In this document: positions 59,255 through 64,000 of the stretch, piece by piece
Layout of the letters: each line of letters begins with the position of its first letter
Numbering within the stretch: the stretch's first letter is position 1
Source of the DNA: Terriglobia bacterium
Lineage (GTDB): Bacteria; Acidobacteriota; Terriglobia; Versatilivoradales; Versatilivoraceae
DNA length: 64,000 bases
Direction: 5' to 3'
Assembly (NCBI GenBank): GCA_965215235.1
Contig: OZ244053.1
Span: 5,063,879 to 5,127,878, forward strand
Program-made: the position numbers and the translations under genes
Notes under the pieces: generated by a model
Told to the model about the DNA's origin: nothing
The model's database searches: none
What the model saw: the letters and a program-made list of their open reading frames with translations, nothing else

Positions 59255-61798
59255 ATGAATCAGAAGCACAGTCTGATCCTCTTGCTTGGGATGCTGATTC
59301 CAGGCTACTCGGTTTCAGTCGCCGCTGAGACTTCCGACCCGAAGCTGCTATCCATTCGGATGGCGCCCGAGGAGGTGGAACTCGAAGGGACAGGCGTTAC
59401 CCAGCAATTTTTGGTGCTGGGCAAATACAGCGACAGAATGGAGCGGGACGTGACCTCGCTCAGTGAATGGACCGTCTCGAATCCTCGCGTTTTGGCGGTT
59501 TCGACTGTGGGGAGAGCCAAGGCTCTGGCTGAGGGCAGGACCCTCCTGACGGCTCGGTTGGGGAACCAGGCAGCCGGAGCGCAAGTCCGGGTCAAAGGCT
59601 CGGCCCGGCAACGGTCGTTCAGCTTTGCCTGGGATATTGAGAATATCTTGACCCGGCGCGGCTGCAACGACAGCCATTGCCATGGAGGTGTGAAGGGGCG
59701 CGGGGGGTTCAAGCTTTCTCTCCATGGCATCTATCCGGAGGAGGACTATCGCTGGATCGTCCGGGGAGGAACCTACCAAGTCCTTTCGCCCGATCCCGGG
59801 ACTGAGATTTCACGAATCAATTTGGAGGAGCCTGAAAAGAGCTTACTGCTGCTGAAACCGGCGCTGCTGGAGCCTCATCAGGGAGGACAACGGTTGCCTT
59901 TGGAATCGGAAGATTATCAGACGCTACTCCAGTGGGTCGGAAGAGGAGCGCCCTTTCAGGAGAACGGGCAATCAGGCCCCCGGGTCGGGTCCATCGAGGT
60001 CTATCCGCTGGAAATCGTGCTGGATGTCCGGGGCGCACAGCAACTATTGGTCACCGCGCAACTCGAAAATGGAGCCCGCGAGGACGTCACCGGGCAGGTA
60101 CGCTACCTGTCCAATAATACCGAAGTGGCAGAGGTCAGCTCGGACGGGCGGCTTCGGGGACTTCGCCCGGGAGAGACTTTTGTAACCATTCAGGCGGCGG
60201 GGCATACCACTACCGCCTGGGTCGGTGTGGTGGGGAAGCCCCTGACCGAGTATCCACGGGTGCCCGCCAATAACTTCATTGACCGGCTGGTCTTTGACAA
60301 GCTGAGCCGTTTTCATCGGATCCCTTCGGAGGTCTCCAGCGATCAGGAATTTCTGCGGCGGGTTTGTCTGGATTTGACCGGCACACTGCCTCCACCCCAG
60401 AGGACCAGGGAGTTCCTGAAAAACAGGGACCGGCGAAAGCGAGAGAAGCTGGTGGGCACTCTCTTGCAGACACCCGAGTTCGTGGACTACTGGACTTTTC
60501 GGTTTTCCGAGCTTTTTCGAGTAGCTCTCTTCCAGAACGGCATCAATCTGCAGTGGACCGAGGCCTACTGGGAGTGGATTCGAGATCACATTGCCAAGAA
60601 CACACCCTACGACCAGGTGGCCAGAGAGCGGATGGCGGCCATTGGCTACAGTCCTCCTTCCCGACACTTCCTGCCGAATGGAGAGGTTCGCTATCCGCAA
60701 AACAAGATGGCCGAAGAGATCAGAGTCTTCATGGGGCGTCGGCTGGACTGCGCCGAGTGTCATAATCACCCCTTCGAAGCCTGGAGTCAGAATCAATTCT
60801 GGGGACTGGCTGCGTTCTTCGGACGCATGAATCTGGTGGGAGGCCGGGGGGAGGAGCCGGGTACGGTCATCTTTGAGGACCCCACCGGTCAAGAGGTGGA
60901 CTTGTTCGTGATGGGCAAGAGTCGCAAGGTCCTGCATCCCCGAACCCGAGAGGAAGTGTTGCCGGCATTCCTGGATGGTTCACTCCTGCCCGAAGAGGAC
61001 CTGGTTGACCCGCGTGTCAAGTTGGCCGAGTGGGTCACCGCTCACCCTTATTTCGCCGAGGCGGCGGTGAACCGGATATGGAGCTACTTTTTTGGCCGAG
61101 GCATCGTGGAGCCGGTGGACGATTTCCGGGCGGCCAATCCCCCGACCCATCCCAAGCTGCTGGCAGCGCTGGCGCGAAATTTCAGAGAAAATAACCATGA
61201 CCTCCGCCATCTGATGAAACTCATCGTTGGCTCCAGAACCTACCAGCTCAGTAGCCGGCCCAACCGGACCAATCAGGAAGATCGCACCCACTACTCCCAC
61301 GCGCTGCCTCGTGCCCTGGAAGCGGAGGTGCTCTTCGACGCCATTGCCTCGGTGACGGGCGTACCTCTGGTCTTCGAGCAGGAGAGCTATGGTAGCGGAG
61401 AAGGGATGTTGCCGCCCGGCACCCGGGCCATTAACGTCGCGCTGCCCGACCTTTTCCGATCACGCGTCCTTGACGTCTATGGCAAGGCCCGCCGGTCGAT
61501 GCTACCGGAGAAGCGGCCGCGGCCCAACCTGGGGAGGGCCTTGCACAGCTTGGCCGGGTCCACCTTTACCGAGCATCTCTCAAAGCCGGGAGGGGTCGTC
61601 GACCGGTTGATGCAGGCCGGTTACTCGGACCGTCAAATTATTGAAGAGCTTTATCTGAGAACAATGACCCGCTTCCCCGGGAAAGAAGAACAGGCTCGGC
61701 TGGAAGCTATGGTCGGCCGGCATTCCTCACGGCGCGAGGCCTTGCAGGATCTGCTGTGGGGATTGCTGAATTCCCCGGAGTTTTACCACAACCATTGA
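59255..61798 (+). CDS. DUF1549/DUF1553 protein with Ig-like (Big_2) domains
   Basis: GCNDSHCHGG, EFLRRVCLDLTG, CAECHNHP, VNRIWSYFFGRG.VEPVDD. Confidence 0.9.
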   Translation: MNQKHSLILLLGMLIPGYSVSVAAETSDPKLLSIRMAPEEVELEGTGVTQQFLVLGKYSDRMERDVTSLSEWTVSNPRVLAVSTVGRAKALAEGRTLLTARLGNQAAGAQVRVKGSARQRSFSFAWDIENILTRRGCNDSHCHGGVKGRGGFKLSLHGIYPEEDYRWIVRGGTYQVLSPDPGTEISRINLEEPEKSLLLLKPALLEPHQGGQRLPLESEDYQTLLQWVGRGAPFQENGQSGPRVGSIEVYPLEIVLDVRGAQQLLVTAQLENGAREDVTGQVRYLSNNTEVAEVSSDGRLRGLRPGETFVTIQAAGHTTTAWVGVVGKPLTEYPRVPANNFIDRLVFDKLSRFHRIPSEVSSDQEFLRRVCLDLTGTLPPPQRTREFLKNRDRRKREKLVGTLLQTPEFVDYWTFRFSELFRVALFQNGINLQWTEAYWEWIRDHIAKNTPYDQVARERMAAIGYSPPSRHFLPNGEVRYPQNKMAEEIRVFMGRRLDCAECHNHPFEAWSQNQFWGLAAFFGRMNLVGGRGEEPGTVIFEDPTGQEVDLFVMGKSRKVLHPRTREEVLPAFLDGSLLPEEDLVDPRVKLAEWVTAHPYFAEAAVNRIWSYFFGRGIVEPVDDFRAANPPTHPKLLAALARNFRENNHDLRHLMKLIVGSRTYQLSSRPNRTNQEDRTHYSHALPRALEAEVLFDAIASVTGVPLVFEQESYGSGEGMLPPGTRAINVALPDLFRSRVLDVYGKARRSMLPEKRPRPNLGRALHSLAGSTFTEHLSKPGGVVDRLMQAGYSDRQIIEELYLRTMTRFPGKEEQARLEAMVGRHSSRREALQDLLWGLLNSPEFYHNH

Positions 61799-61881
61799 AC
61801 GTTACCGGCAGCTCTTCTGCCGTAAGGTTCAGGGCGCGACCCTCAAGATGGGGGCAACGGGAATACAAGGAGGTAACACCC

Positions 61882-63219
61882 ATGCGAAAAACAGGGTGTC
61901 TGGAATGCAACGACCCGATTCTCCGGCGACGTGACTTCCTTCGGGTGGGATCCTTGAGTCTGCTCGGCGTGAGCCTGAGCCAACTCTTGAGACTTCAGAG
62001 CGCATTGGCCGGTGTTCCGGGAATGGGTGGAGCCAAGGCCCAAGCTTGTATCTTGTTGTGGCTGGAGGGTGGGCCGAGCCAGATCGACATGTGGGACCCC
62101 AAGCCCAACAGTTCTTTCAGGCCCATTGCCACCAACGTGGCCGGGATTCAAGTTTCAGAGCTGCTGCCCAAGGTCGCCAAACGCATGGACAAATTGGCGA
62201 TCATTCGCTCCCTCCACACGCTGGAAAACAATCACCCCCAGGCCACCCACTACGCGGCCACCGGGCATCAACCCAATCCGGCCATGCGCTTTCCCAGCCT
62301 GGGGTCCATCGTTGCCAAAGAGCTGGGTCCAAGAAACAACCTGCCGCCCTACGTCTTGCAGCCCGACACCGGCAACGATATCTTTTTCGTGGACCATTTC
62401 GGAGCGGCCTTCGTCGGTAACCAGTATGATCCGATGGTGCTTCCCGACCCCAGTCGAGCCGACTTCGAGGTCCCCGACCTGCGCCTTCCCAAATCGATCA
62501 CGGCCGAGCGTCTCCAGGACCGGCTCTCCTTTCAGAAAGTGGTTGAGCGCATTTACCGCAACAAAGTGCAAAAAGCCGAATCGGGTGGGATGGACGTATT
62601 CACGGAACAGGCCCTCAAGATGGTGTTGAATCCGTCGGTGAAGGATGCGTTCGATCTTTCCAGGGAGTCCACCAAAATGAAGGAAGCCTATGGGCTGCAC
62701 GGATTTGGGCAAAGTGTTCTGCTGGCCCGGCGTCTGGTGGAGGCAGGGAGCCGTTTTGTGACGGCCGCGGGATACAAGTATAACGAGTGGGACACTCATG
62801 GCGACAACGATAAGCGCCATCGGGACATTCTGGTCCCACCCTTCGACCAGACCTTCTCCGCGCTGCTGGATGACCTGCACCAGCGTGGGCTGCTGGAGTC
62901 GACTCTGGTGATTGCCATGGGGGAATTCGGGCGCGGTCCCAACGTCAACCCCGGCAGGGGGCGTGATCATTGGCCCCAGTGCTGGTCGGTTGCGCTTGGC
63001 GGGGGCGGCATTCGCGGAGGTCGAGTGGTGGGCGCCAGTGACGAGCGGGGAGGCTATGTGGCCGACCGGATGGTCACCATGGGGGACCTCTTCGCCACCC
63101 TTTACAAGGCCCTCGGCATCGACTGGGAAAAGACCTACATGACCCCCATCGGCCGGCCGGTCAAGATTGCCAATTCCATCGGCGACGCCACCGGGATTCC
63201 GATCAAAGAGCTGATCTGA
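61882..63219 (+). CDS. DUF1501 protein
   Basis: RRDFL, GGPSQIDMWDPKP, LARRLVEAG, WDTH, GEFGR, GRDHW. Confidence 0.92.
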   Translation: MRKTGCLECNDPILRRRDFLRVGSLSLLGVSLSQLLRLQSALAGVPGMGGAKAQACILLWLEGGPSQIDMWDPKPNSSFRPIATNVAGIQVSELLPKVAKRMDKLAIIRSLHTLENNHPQATHYAATGHQPNPAMRFPSLGSIVAKELGPRNNLPPYVLQPDTGNDIFFVDHFGAAFVGNQYDPMVLPDPSRADFEVPDLRLPKSITAERLQDRLSFQKVVERIYRNKVQKAESGGMDVFTEQALKMVLNPSVKDAFDLSRESTKMKEAYGLHGFGQSVLLARRLVEAGSRFVTAAGYKYNEWDTHGDNDKRHRDILVPPFDQTFSALLDDLHQRGLLESTLVIAMGEFGRGPNVNPGRGRDHWPQCWSVALGGGGIRGGRVVGASDERGGYVADRMVTMGDLFATLYKALGIDWEKTYMTPIGRPVKIANSIGDATGIPIKELI

Positions 63220-63325
63220 AGTCGCCGGAGGATGGAGCCGTTGCTCCTCTATTTTATAGTTTGCGTCGGCTCCGCCCAAGATCCAGGATCGGATGGCAAG
63301 GGTTCCACCCTTTCGGAAATGGGTT

Positions 63326-64000
63326 ATGCATCGTTTGTCCCGCTGTCTGGTGGCCGCAATTCTGGCGATACCTCTCGCCTGCGATTTCGATACGCCAGAA
63401 CAGAGGGAGTCCGCGAGTGAAGCCAAAGGGAGAATCGATCCCAGGCGTTTGGAGCTGGCGGGAGACCCCCACCGCCCCGGCTACCACTTTTTGGCGCCTG
63501 CCAACTGGATGGATGACCCCAACGGAGTGATTCAGGTGGGTGGGGAATACCATCTCTTCTACCAATGGATTCCCAACTCGCCCTCTCGCTCAGGCGGTCC
63601 CTTTCACTGGGGGCATGCCGTCAGCAACGATCTGGTGCACTGGCGCGACCTGCCCATCGCACTCTCTCCGACGCCGGGAGGGCCCGACCGGGAAGGTTGT
63701 TGGTCGGGCAGCGCCGTCCTCGATGGAGGCGCTCCCACCATCGTGTACCGGGGGCGGGTGGGAGGGAAGACGGCGGCCCTGCGTGGCCACCAGCACCGAC
63801 GGTCTCCTGACTTGGAAGAAGCACCCAAACAATCCTGTCTTCTTCGAGGCCGCCGAGGTGATAGCCGGAGTCGCCTTGCCCACCCCACCTTTTAATCCGA
63901 ACAACCCCGTCATCTCCTTTCCGGCCGGTGATCCCTACGTCTGGAGAGAGGGGAACCGGTGGTACTGCGTCATGGGTTCCCACACCCGAAGCGGCGGCGC
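63326..64000 (+). CDS. GH32 glycoside hydrolase lipoprotein (partial); apparent +1 frameshift at 63775-63779
   Basis: Lipobox LAC; HRPGYHF, WMDDPNG, YHLFYQ, HWGHAVS.DLVHW, GCWSGSA; continues [14 protein letters not shown]...GDPYVWRE. Confidence 0.88.

Overview
GC-rich bacterial chromosomal segment. The gene content (two DUF1549/DUF1553 + DUF1501 modules, NHL-repeat, sialidase-like, SSS and Nramp-like transporters) resembles Acidobacteriota/Planctomycetota; the taxonomy is inference only. Most of the window is catabolic, transport and envelope genes. There are four accessory zones. (1) 1-1.9 kb: a truncated IS5-family element and small exported proteins. (2) 16.0-17.1 kb: a Cys-laddered Gly-zipper protein plus a small membrane protein, resembling a bacteriocin/immunity pair. 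(3) 21.8-24.1 kb: a direct-repeat-bounded islet carrying a VapC toxin and a GIY-YIG/antitoxin fusion gene that is split by a 154-bp IS5-type MITE. (4) 34.7-47.6 kb: a defence island, the best candidate for an undescribed system. It is a type I R-M operon whose HsdR appears fused to a LexA-like S24 autopeptidase domain. Three PIN-toxin modules and a decayed ATPase lie between hsdS and hsdR, and an MNT-HEPN pair sits between two copies of a ~160-bp leader. Five apparent frameshifts all fall at GGCC and are probably systematic sequencing errors, possibly reflecting GGCC methylation. No rRNA, tRNA or CRISPR array was recognised. All family calls are from motif recognition by eye, with no database searches.
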